In this document: one piece after another, positions 1 to 10,770 of the stretch | How positions within the stretch are numbered: position 1 is the first letter of the stretch | Layout: every line of letters starts with the position of its first letter | NCBI GenBank assembly: GCA_002269645.1 | Contig: NIVC01002920.1 | Coordinates: 19,062 to 83,061, forward strand | Length of the DNA: 64,000 bases | Direction of reading: 5' to 3' | From: Macrostomum lignano | Lineage: Eukaryota | Translations under genes and position numbers: made by a program | The notes under the pieces: model-generated | What the model was told of the DNA's origin: nothing | Database searches by the model: none | The model's input: only the letters and a program-made list of their open reading frames with translations

Positions 1-741
1 TTCAACAGTGCTGAGAAGCAGACAAATTCCTAACCGACCTCTGGTGAAACTTCTTCTAACTTAGTTGCCAGTCATGTTCTGCAATATTTCCACATTCTTA
101 TTTCAAGTGACGGGTCGAAGTTCTGAAAATAAAAATTCTAGGCCATGAAGATGAACAACAAAGACCAGGAACAAACCCAAATCGAAGAGTTATAAGTTGA
201 TGAAGCTTTATTTAATATTCCTTTAGGGTTAGGTTCTCCAAAAATTTGTAGCTAAACCAAACTAAAGAAGAAAATCTTGCCCTCAAACTGGAAGAGTTGT
301 ACATCTTCCAAAGATTTAAGGGGAGGAGGGCGCTATGGGAAAAGACAAGGCACGCCTTGAATTTATAGCTCGTACAGTACATTCAAACAAAATAGCCAAA
401 ATGGTTCGAAAATATACTTTTGCAGTTAGTTTCTTTAAAATCTATGCAATATACAAAAAAGTCAAATATATAGGAGTCTGTTTAATTTACGGTAAAGCCA
501 TTTACGCTCGTATGATTACCGCTGATCAACTATGGCTTACGTTTGATCATTTAGGGTAGAATTAAGTAATCTGAAAAGTAAAAAAGTACACAAAACAAAA
601 ACAATGCGCAGAACGGAAGAGGAATCGATAAAATTCGATCTAGCTCATTGATTATTGACTTTTAGAAGCCATATGCAATAAAAAATAGAAAAAAAAGAAT
701 TTTGTCGCCATTCACTTCACCAATACGCGGAACAGACGAAT

Positions 742-2668
742 TCAGCCTTCATTCAGAGATGCTTGAACACCAGCGCTACCGGTTGAGAAGTGAGCAACCT
801 CTCGAACTGCACTATTTTGAGCCAAAACGGTGCGCGCAACGCTAGGGATATTGGTGCTCAACTTGATTGATCCGAATGTTTGCTTATCCTGCTCCACTGA
901 AATAAGAAAGATAGTGTTATAAAAGAAACTGCCAGTGGTAGGCCTGTAAAATTTTTGCATTCAATCATTTCATCGTTGTGCTTACGTTTGAAAGTTTTAT
1001 CCTTGATGTCACCCTGAGCAAAGTGCTCGCCGAGATTTATCACAGTATTGCAGAAGGGCACTTTTAATGGTGAACTATCTGAGCAGCACAGCCGAATCGC
1101 TACATGCAGCTCTTTGTCGGGCAATTTCTGAAAGCTGTAGTTAAATGTTGTCATGTAGTTGAACTGGATTTCGATTTCGTCGCCACTGCGCTTGCACTTG
1201 CTAGAATTCGACAATTCTACTTTTGGTGAGTCGTTCCAGTTCCAGTCAGAATTCATTTTAAATCCGACAGAACAGTTAGTTGCATCCGACGGGAGAATTT
1301 CCTTTTGAAACTTTACGCTGACAATATTCAGATTGTAAGTCTTTGTTCGGGCAGCTCGAATGTAGAGCTGCATCATTTCCTCCGTGACGCTAGCAAAGTC
1401 GGATTGCAGCCTTGTCGTTTCATGAGCTGCTGGCACAGCCGCTGCCACCGCTGCCGCATCTTCATATTTGGCAGAGTCAGCAGCCGGCCCCAGCTTCTTT
1501 GAGGCCGCCGCAGCAGCTTGAATATCGTCGAAGTCTAGAGCCGTTTTCAACGCATCGGTATGAGCAGTTATATCGGCCTCTGAGAATTTCGGAGCTAACT
1601 CCGATTCAACAAGTTTACAAAGGTTTTCTAACTGCTGAAGCCGTTCGCCGTAAAACTCGTTCCAATCGGACAGAAGTTTTGCTTTCGTCTTCGCCAACCT
1701 TGCCGCCTTGCTTGCGGCTGCCATCAGCGACTCGAATTCGGCCTAAATGAGAATTTTAGTTCAAGTTTGAATTCTAGCTTCGGGACGCATCATTTTATGT
1801 GTAAAATATTTAAATAGCCGTTTAAAGGCTTTTGTCACTCGTCCGGTAGTAATAATAAAAAAATAATTATTTTTTCTGCAACGATTAAGAAAGCCTATTA
1901 ATAAAAATTAAAAAAAATGTTTTAAATAAGTAGTTATTGCATCTAAATGCCTCTAATTTACAGGCATTTGGATGGCGAAATTTCAACTAAATTTCGTTTT
2001 AACTAACTGCTTTACCATTGTGGTATTACTTGGAGTACTAGAAAAACAGCCTTCAAGTTAATTGGAAACCTGTTTACAGATTCCACGTACTAAAAACGGT
2101 TTGTCGGTATCTAGGTATGCAATTGATTTCGAAGCAAGCTTACTTGAAATAGAAGTCGATCGTCGCTATAATGTAAACCGCAAAGATTCCGATCGCAGTG
2201 CTCGCAGAAGCGCATCGAAGGTTTCCCGCATGGTCGCTGTTGAGCACCATTTTCTAAGGCTTCACATGGAGGCTTCTGGCTGTTTGTTTGTCCTGTCACA
2301 TCCTTTGGCGCAGCCTTGGCCGCCGCAACCAGGATGCGCAGCTGAGAGTTCTCAACAGGTCTTCGCAAGTTCTCCTTGCACAGCGGGCATTTCGCCTCCC
2401 TGGGTCCTGAGCTGCTAACAAAACCTTTGTAGCAGGCCAGGCACAGTGAATGGTGATTCGCGCACACATAGTGGGGGTTATTAAAGAAGTCGAGACACAC
2501 CGGACAGGTAACATCGTTCCTGTCGATTTTGGAATTTTGACTGCCAGCTGAAAAACAGATAATAAGATAAACTAAAGTTAATCCCACAGAGAATTAATAT
2601 TATGCTGCAAGCTAAACTGCATTTAAAATTTTGAAACTCAGTAACTTACCTCCGCCTGAACCGCTCAT
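742..2668 (-). CDS. TRIM-like gene A: RING + B-box + helical region + C-terminal RID/RPGRIP1_C-like C2 domain (about 444 aa)
   Basis: Hand-spliced complement(join(742..896,986..1742,2144..2547,2650..2668)) = 1335 nt, in frame, all GT-AG introns. RING CPVC-x10-CANHHSLCLAC-x14-CPLC. B-box-like C..C..CEHCDRNLCGLH. C-terminus (LNIVSVKF, IQFNYMTTFNYS, VINLGEHFAQGDIKDKTF|..GSIKLSTNIPSV) aligns by eye with the RID units at 54-62 kb. Confidence 0.82.
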
Positions 2669-3046
2669 TGCAGTGTCAGTTAACTCAGCTCTTAGGTAAA
2701 ACACTTCGAAAAAACTGCTTTGCCGGCTCTATATGTATTATTCTTGCCGCATGTACATCAAACCTCACACAGCCTACACACAATTTATTTTTAACGCAAG
2801 CACTCTTCTCCTTGGGCAAGCTTTTCATTTTAAACACAATTGCATTGAGGCATCATTCAGCGCAGACGTGCTTTTCTGCATATTAGGCGCATGCAAATTT
2901 GTGCTATTATGCCTTCTTTTTGAGTAAGAATGGCCGTTCACATTGATGCGAGACAAACTGAAAATGAAATGGGTTACTGGCATTTAGTAGCTGGCTAAAA
3001 ATAAACCCGTGCAGTGGTCTGAAAGAACACTAGAAAATTCAAGAAA

Positions 3047-3047
<1 letters not shown>

Positions 3048-3090
<43 letters not shown>
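3048..3090. repeat. (GT)n microsatellite
   Basis: Uninterrupted TG dinucleotide run. Confidence 0.98.
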
Positions 3091-3095
<5 letters not shown>

Positions 3096-3244
3096 ACGAA
3101 TTAAATTCGGTAATTTAGGCAATGCATTGCAAATTTATTAAATATTTATTAGACTCATAATTATAATTTCGGATAGCAACCGATATATTGGATACAGATT
3201 AAGCAGTAACGAGGCAAATATTACTAAAGTAGCGCTCGAAATTT

Positions 3245-3410
3245 ATGGAAATGTTTTGAAGGCCACTTTTCGTCAAAAAATACACTACGGAGATAGGAAG
3301 TTTTCATTTTTCAATCGGACATTAAAATCTCTTAACTTCTCTGAAAATGAAAACTTCCTATCTCCGTAGTGTATTTTTCGGCGAAAAGTGGATTTCAAAA
3401 CTTTTTCCAT
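3245..3410. mobile_element. Short hairpin/MITE; deleted relative of the foldback element at 46.4-47.7 kb
   Basis: Inverted arms of about 60 bp (3254-3312 and 3342-3400, aaaaaatacactacggagataggaagttttcattttt) match the inner arms at about 46810-46865 and 47345-47405. Confidence 0.75.
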
Positions 3411-3642
3411 GAAACGTGAGTGTTGCGTCCTGTGTATAGGTTGCTTTAGTTGTCCTTGTTACGAGGCTCCAGAGCGAGGGTGAGGAAATTATAATTTCCC
3501 CCAACATAAGGAAACTTAAAAATTTTGGAATTTAACATAAATGTACAAAATAAATACTACTTCAACGCGCATGGTAAGTAGTACGGTATACTGTACGTAA
3601 TTTGATAAAATTTTAATAACGCCTCACTATTTATCAGTATCG

Positions 3643-4305
3643 TATCGACAGTATCGACAGTATCGACAGTACCGACAGTATGGACAGTACCGACAGTATC
3701 GACAGTACCGACAGTACCGACAGTACCGACAGTACCGACAGTACCGACAGTATCGACAGTACCGACAGTACCGACAGTACCGACAGTATCGACAGCACCG
3801 ACAGTATCGACAGTACCGACAGTACCGACAGTATCGACAGTATCGACAGTATCGACAGTACCGACAGTATCGACAGTATCGACAGTACCGACAGTATCGA
3901 CAGTACCGACAGTACCGACAGTACCGACAGTATCGACAGTATCGACAGTACCGACAGTACCGACAGTATCGACAGTACCGACAGTACCGACAGTACCGAC
4001 AGTACCGACAGTACCGACAGTATCGACAGCACCGACAGTATCGACAGTACCGACAGTACCGACAGTATCGACAGTATCGACAGTATCGACAGTACCGACA
4101 GTATCGACAGTATCGACAGTACCGACAGTATCGACAGTACCGACAGTACCGACAGTACCGACAGTATCGACAGTATCGACAGTACCGACAGTACCGACAG
4201 TATCGACAGTATCGACAGTACCGACAGTATCGACAGTATCGACAGTACCGACAGTACCGACAGTATCGACAGTATCGACAGTTCTGACAGTACCGACAGT
4301 ATCTA
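3643..4305. repeat. 9-bp satellite (ACAGTACCG / ACAGTATCG)n, array 1
   Basis: About 73 tandem 9-mers in two main variants; source of the spurious RYC, DST and VLS ORFs. Confidence 0.97.
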
Positions 4306-4433
4306 GTAGCTACTTTAATAATACTCATGTTAATACATAAAAATGCCAGGCGACCGCTATTTTAAAAGCTAAAGCTTTTAAATTACATGTCTGAATTACA
4401 TGTTCATTTTACACGTTACACGTTTCTGAATTA

Positions 4434-4567
4434 CAGGTTCCAGGACGCCCTTGGAAACCTTAGAGCTCTTGTAGACATATTTCGCGACAGTAAGATACCA
4501 TAAAAAAAAATTCTCGCGAACCAGCTCTACAAGAGCTCGAAGGTTTCCAAGGGCGTCCTGGAACCTG
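4434..4567. mobile_element. MITE-like inverted repeat of about 134 bp
   Basis: caggttccaggacgcccttggaaacctt-gagctcttgtaga ... tctacaagagctc-aaggtttccaagggcgtcctggaacctg. TA on the left flank only, so the TSD is imperfect. Confidence 0.65.
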
Positions 4568-5775
4568 CAGTAAGCGTACCATAGTCTTTGTACATTTACT
4601 TCTGAATTTCTTTGAATTAGACTCATTCATTGACAGAATCTCAGTCGCCACCTGGAGACTAGACCCAGCAAATCTATCGGTCTTTCCGTTAGTCTCTCTC
4701 TTATTTACCACCAATCAACAAAAGAAGAGCATGATAACGATATACCTATGAAAACGATATCACAACAAATGAAGTTTGTTTGAATGTTTCCCTTCCAGCA
4801 ATCCGAGTTCAAGCGCCTATTCGCCAGTGGACGTCCTTCGTGATGTTATATACGTCGGCGAACTATGGAATGTGTCATGGCTAATAAGCTACGAACGCAT
4901 TCGAACGTAACTAAACGCATCAAGAGAGTGTTCCACAAAATATTATTCTAAATAGTTACTTTAGAATTTATAGCAATTTTAAAGATCCTTGGGAGTGAAA
5001 AGTCTCAAAACTTCAGTCATAGAATAGAATGATATGCTACTCAAAGTAAAAAGTAAACACTGAGGCTGCTGAGTAGCAGAAAGAGCTCTTTTGTCTATTT
5101 GAGTTCAGTTAAAAATCGTAAGCTTAAAATAAGCTTGTATCCTTAGTGAGCGAAACAACACAATTTCTTGAGTTGTCAAGCAGCAATTTATTGTTCTTGT
5201 GTCCCTACATAGTGCGCATAAAATCGCAGTAATAACATAACGCTACGGGTCCCTCGGCATGCGAAACGCGTGGAACATTTACACAAGTGTTTTGCAGCTG
5301 CTTCGGGTTGGCTGGCATAGTCGCATAGAAACTGTTTGCTCTGGAATGGCTGGCGACGGCTCAAATTTTGGTCCATTAAGATGTTTGCTCTGCGCCCGAC
5401 TCAGGAGTTTCTGGTGTTACATATGCATGCCTAAATTGGTTTACAGCCCACCCAGACTTTTCTGGAATTGGCAATCAAGAAAAGCAGAGAAACCATGTTA
5501 GCTTTCTTCTGCGGAATTTCCTGACATTCTCGGTCGCCTAAGCGATGCTGAATGTTTTTTGCCAGGAAATTCATTTTGCAGCTCACTTACAGGAAAACTT
5601 TCTAATGCTGGCAAACCCTTTGGCGGCGTTTTGAGGCTTTGAAATTTCGACAAACTTGTAATAATTTTCTCACCTTGCAGTCGCTATGGTGATATAAAAT
5701 TTTTACACAGAAAGCTGTTTTTTCTTTCTAAAGCTGTATTAACTTTTTATTAGTATTGATTTTTACGTAGTTTCA

Positions 5776-6613
5776 ACGACAGTACCGACAGTATCGACAG
5801 TATCGACAGTATCGACAATACCGACAGTACCGACAGTATCGACAGTATCGACAATACCGACAGTATCGACAGTATCGACAGTATCGACAATACCGACAGT
5901 ACCGACAGTATCGACAGTATCGACAATACCGACAGTATCGACAGTATCGACAGTATCGACAATACCGACAGTACCGACAGTATCGACAGTATCGACAATA
6001 CCGACAGTACCGACAGTATCGACAGTATCGACAATACCGACAGTATCGACAGTACCGACAGTATCGACAGTATCGACAGTATCGACAGTATCGACAGTAC
6101 CGACAGTATCGACAGTACCGACAGTACCGACAGTATCGACAGTACCGACAGTATCGACAGTACCGACAGTATCGACAGTATCGACAGTACCGACAGTACC
6201 GACAGTATCGACAGTACCGACAGTATCGACAGTATCGACAGTACCGACAGTATCGACAGTACCGACAGTATCGACAGTACCGACAGTATCGACAGTACCG
6301 ACAGTACCGACAGTATCGACAGTACCGACAGTACCGACAGTATCGACAGTACCGACAGTATCGACAGTACCGACAGTATCGACAGTATCGACAGTATCGA
6401 CAGTATCGACAGTATCGACAGTATCGACAGTATCGACAGTATCGACAGTATCGACAGTATCGACAATATCGACAGTACCGACAGTATCGACAGTATCGAC
6501 AGTACCGACAGTACCGACAGTATCGACAGTACCGACAGTACCGACAGTATCGACAGTATCGACAGTATCGACAGTATCGACAGTAACGACAGTACCGCCA
6601 GTACCGACAGTAT
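5776..6613. repeat. 9-bp satellite array 2, with an added ACAATACCG variant
   Basis: About 93 tandem 9-mers; the first third shows a 36-bp higher-order period. Confidence 0.97.
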
Positions 6614-6707
6614 AGATACTCAACAGTAGATACTCAACAGTATTATAGTTTTAGTTCATTAGTCAGAGTACTTCAATTCAGTGTGCAAGCGATGCAGTGG
6701 AAGTCCT

Positions 6708-7598
6708 CTACCGGACCAGAATCGCCAGGTAGTCGGCAACCCGACCGTGATCTTTCCACGTAGCGTTGATACCCAAATTGTAGAGGATCGTCGGAAAAGT
6801 AGTGAAATTAAAAAACGTGCACCAATCGCTGGGGGTGTCAATGATCACCAAGGAGCCAGTATCTGTCGGGCATAGCTGGGAAAATATGTTTATGAAAAAA
6901 CGTCGCCTAACTAGGGAGCCAGACACGGAACCTTCGAGGCTGAAAAAGTTGAACTTTTCGTTTTTCAGATTCGTTATGGGGGCCGTCTCGATAAGTCTCT
7001 GACTGGTGAACCAGTTGGTCTGGTTCACTCGCTCAGCAGCGGTTCCAACATCGAACACCCATCGCATAACAACAGATGAGTTTCTGTAGACCTGCACAAT
7101 GAACTGCTTGTAGACTAGGCTAGAAATCAATCGCTGCATGTCGTTGAGCAGACTCGACCTGAATGCGGCGGGCAGGGTTGCAGCCTCCGGGTGAGCCGGC
7201 TGGATCACGTAGTCGAATTCGGCAGCAACAGAATTGAACAGCTCCCAGGCTTTTTGACCGCTGCCGCTCTTGATGCTGAAGACGACGTGCTCAAGAGCGA
7301 TGCGGCTAAGAGGCATTTGCAGAGTGTAGCTGCAGCTGCTTGAGCAGAGCTTGTATCGAGGGCACAGTGACGCAATCAACTGGCACGACTTTCCGGAGTT
7401 CTCGAAAACTATGGCTGAAGGGTCGGTGGACATGGCAGCCGCGATTGAGCATTGCAGTTTGTCTCCGGTGACCAGGGTGGCAGTCACTGAGCAGTTTGGG
7501 TAGAAGGCGTACTGCTTAAACTCGACTCTCTTACTGGGACACGTCGGCAAAGCCGAGGCTGCACTCTGTGCCAACAGAAGCAATACAAGCAGAATCAT
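6708..7598 (-). CDS. Intronless secreted protein, paralogue 1 (signal peptide + degenerate PAN/apple-like Cys module + unnamed C-terminal domain), 296 aa
   Basis: Hydrophobic N-terminus MILLVLLLLAQSAASA. Clear homology to 8136-9047 and 12688-13599 (LLNDMQRLISSL, NWF..RL, FSLEG, RRFFIN, C.TD.G). Confidence 0.85.
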   Translation of the reverse strand: MILLVLLLLAQSAASALPTCPSKRVEFKQYAFYPNCSVTATLVTGDKLQCSIAAAMSTDPSAIVFENSGKSCQLIASLCPRYKLCSSSCSYTLQMPLSRIALEHVVFSIKSGSGQKAWELFNSVAAEFDYVIQPAHPEAATLPAAFRSSLLNDMQRLISSLVYKQFIVQVYRNSSVVMRWVFDVGTAAERVNQTNWFTSQRLIETAPITNLKNEKFNFFSLEGSVSGSLVRRRFFINIFSQLCPTDTGSLVIIDTPSDWCTFFNFTTFPTILYNLGINATWKDHGRVADYLAILVR

Positions 7599-8135
7599 GG
7601 GTGTCTTGAAGAGCTTTGAAATTAACTTGAGAAATTTTTCAATAGCTTGGCTTCGTTGCTGTGAATTGATTTCTGAGAGCGAGATAGCTTAAATATTTCT
7701 ATCCATAGCCAATCAGATGCCAGAGTCGACAGCCCAGACTTCATGCTAATCAATGGCCAATTCGCCATCTAAGTCAAGGACTTTTACTGCATAGGTAATT
7801 TTTCCCCCGCTCAATATTTTATCTTGGATTACTCAAAATCCTGAAAAATCCTTTCGCTCTACTTTAGTAGGCACAAGTGGGTATGTTGAAAGTAATTACG
7901 AAAGAATGCGATATTTTGGACTCAGCTTCTCTACGAAGCATGAGACGACGTCTTCCAATAACATGACTAAGTTAGGCTTAGCCAATACGGAGAAGGTAAA
8001 GGGAGTAAATATACTTGGAGAACATCGTAAAAGGCTTTTTAATCCACATACACTGCCGAACAACCGATCGACCAAGCTTTAGGGATCAAAGATAATTTTC
8101 AAACAAGTTTTTATACAGACCATTAAACTAAAAAT

Positions 8136-9047
8136 ATGAATAACTTTCTCCCACTAATTGTACTGCTCTATAACGTCATCTTCAATTTTCATTTTGCAAC
8201 ATCAACTGCCTGTAGCTCTAAAAGGCTTCAGTACAGAAAGTATGGCTTCCTGCCCAACTGCTCCGAGTCCCTCACGCTGAGCACCGGACGCGCTCACGAT
8301 TGCGTTATGGCTGCAGCTTTGTCACCCGCCCTGTCTGCTGCGATCGTGTCTACTTCCGAGGCCGAATGTCACGTGACCACTGCCCAGTGTCCTCGCTACC
8401 TGTTGTGTTCCACCGACTGTCCCTACACCGTGCTCATGCCTGCCAGTGTACTCAACAGCCTCGAGCACATACGGATGAGCGTGAAGGGCGGCTGTGGTTA
8501 CAAGATATGGGACGTGCTGACTGGGTCGGCATTGCCACCTGACCCTGTTGTCCAGCTGGCCCCTCCCAGCGCAGCTGCCCTGCCGAACGTCTTCCGCTCG
8601 AGCGTGCTGGACGACATGCAGCGCCTGATCTCCGGCCTGACTTTCAAGCAGCTCATCGTGCAGCTGTACAAGAGCTCCGCTGTGGTTGTGAGGCTCGTGT
8701 TTGATGTCGGGACGAACTCCGCCAGTGTCGACCTGACGAACTGGTTCAGAAAGGAGCGTCTCGTACAGAGCTTTCCGGTCACCAACCTCGCCAACATGAG
8801 CACGAACGTCTTCAGCATCAAAGGAGAAAATAGAGGCTCGTTTCAGAGACGTTTTTTTGTCAACTTTAACTATGGTGGCTGCAATAATGACCGCGGGCTC
8901 ATGGCAGTCTTGGATTCCAACGATGACTATTGCGCAGCATACCAATACTCACAGCCGATTCCTCGAATCGTGTTTAGTTCGGATCCCAGTCGCACAATGG
9001 CGACGACAATTCAGGATGCCGAACATTTTGCCATTTTGGCGCGCTAA
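8136..9047 (+). CDS. Intronless secreted protein, paralogue 2, 303 aa
   Basis: Signal-peptide-like start, GC-rich coding bias, motif RRFFVNFNYGGCNNDRGLMAVLD; divergently transcribed from paralogue 1. Confidence 0.88.
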   Translation: MNNFLPLIVLLYNVIFNFHFATSTACSSKRLQYRKYGFLPNCSESLTLSTGRAHDCVMAAALSPALSAAIVSTSEAECHVTTAQCPRYLLCSTDCPYTVLMPASVLNSLEHIRMSVKGGCGYKIWDVLTGSALPPDPVVQLAPPSAAALPNVFRSSVLDDMQRLISGLTFKQLIVQLYKSSAVVVRLVFDVGTNSASVDLTNWFRKERLVQSFPVTNLANMSTNVFSIKGENRGSFQRRFFVNFNYGGCNNDRGLMAVLDSNDDYCAAYQYSQPIPRIVFSSDPSRTMATTIQDAEHFAILAR

Positions 9048-9250
9048 AGTTGAAAAATTATTAGACTACATATAACCAACGTTGGGATCAATGATACATA
9101 TTTTTGCATATTACCATTTGTTTGCACGACATTAATTGTCTAATGGTTTACTCGTAGATATTTTTCGTTATCGAGTTTTGCTATCTTTCAGTGTCATAAT
9201 TATATAATAGTTAATTAATCTTATTAATCTTTATTGATAGTAAATAAAAA

Positions 9251-9537
9251 TTGATTACACCTGCCCTAATGGGCAGATGCGTAACCGACAGCTCAGCCGC
9301 TGCTATTGCCTGGCGCATTTGAAGGCTGCGTACGGCTGTTCAGTCCAAGGAACGAGGGGTCACCATGCACACACACCCTCAATTACCCCAGCTACATGAA
9401 AGGATGGCACCAAATTTACAGATGGGTGAGCTGAAGCAATTGCTCAACGACACAAACTGTTTCAAGGGGGTCGAGAATCGAACCCCCAACCTTTCAAACC
9501 TGAGTCCGACATTCTTACCACTCAGATACACGAGCCT
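9251..9537 (-). mobile_element. tRNA-derived CORE-like SINE, copy 1 (diverged)
   Basis: Minus-strand head with A-box-like tatctgagtgg and B-box ggttcgattc; body shared with copies at 18.4, 43.1 and 61.7 kb. Confidence 0.7.
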
Positions 9538-10548
9538 CACAACCAAAATCCCCAAGATATTGGGTAACTTTTAAAAATGCTGCATTGAACTATTATTGAA
9601 AAGGTATACTTTTTAATGCTGTAGGTAGTAAGCCTATACATAATTTGTCAATAAAGTCAAGCGTAATGCATGACTAGTTTGTTGAGCTGCAAATTTTTGT
9701 GTCAAATAAAGTAAAAATTGATAGACTAATAAACCGACTCAATTCATTTACATCTTGTCAAGTTTGGTTTATTTGACTTTGGTTTATTTGACGTTTGGCT
9801 TTTGAAATGGAAGTCTTCTTTAACGATCAATGCAGAATTTTATTCAAACACAAAGGAAATTTCTCTGTATCTTCAATAGGAACACAAATTGCCGGAAACA
9901 GTGAGATGCATAGACATGTTATGATAAAATTTGATAGACATTGATAAGCCGATATTCACTGTGTCGTGAATAGGGTCATTGAGCGAGAACCGGCGACCAC
10001 TTTTAGCAGCAATAAAACACGCTTTTAGTTTTAACTAAGTGTTGCATTTGACTACATGAGCCCAGCATTGTCAGCCTTTGCCTAAAAGCATTGTAAAACG
10101 CATTTATGTATTTACGTTGTTGCATAAAAGCTCCTAACACGTCTGTATCTACTCTGGTTTAGAGTCAAATGTCTCTGAGATACAAAGCAAATACTCTATA
10201 TTAAGCAGTTCACACCTAATGGCTGGCACGACACCGCCAGTGGTGTTCGCAGATAATTTTGATGGTATTCACAGATACAAGAATTCTAGATAACTCACTA
10301 GTAGGGTTCGGAGTTTGTCATTCAGTTAAACTACTTCTAAATAGCTCGTAAGTAGTGTGATGCGAGAATTATACGTTATTTACGACAAATTGGTTTTGAA
10401 AATCTGTTTAGATATAAATAAAATTTATCTTCTTCAGAGCTGACAAACGTCTTTATTTATCCAGTTTATTATCCGTGCGCTATTTTTGACATGGGATGCC
10501 TCCGCTTTCAGGTCATATAAGTAAAAATAAGTCTTGAGTAAAAATTAT

Positions 10549-10770
10549 CTTTAAGCACCAAGGGGCTTTAGCACCAAGGGGCTTTAGCACCAAGGGGCTT
10601 TAGCACCAAGGGGCTTTAGCACCAAGGGGCTTTAGCACCAAGGGGCTTTAGCAAGGGGCTTTAGCACCAAGGGGCTTTAGCACCAAGGGGCTTTAGCACC
10701 AAGGGGCTTTAGCACCAAGGGGCTTTAGCACCAAGGGGCTTTAGCACCAAGGGGCTTTAGCAAGGGGCTA
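10549..10770. repeat. 16-bp minisatellite (AGCACCAAGGGGCTTT)n
   Basis: About 14 tandem units, two carrying a 3-bp deletion. Confidence 0.95.

Noticed and set aside
3627-6623. Long ORFs of RYC, DST, VLS and TVD repeats (metallothionein- or antifreeze-like look)
   Set aside because: They are translations of a 9-bp satellite open in several frames on both strands, with no unique coding context or splice support.
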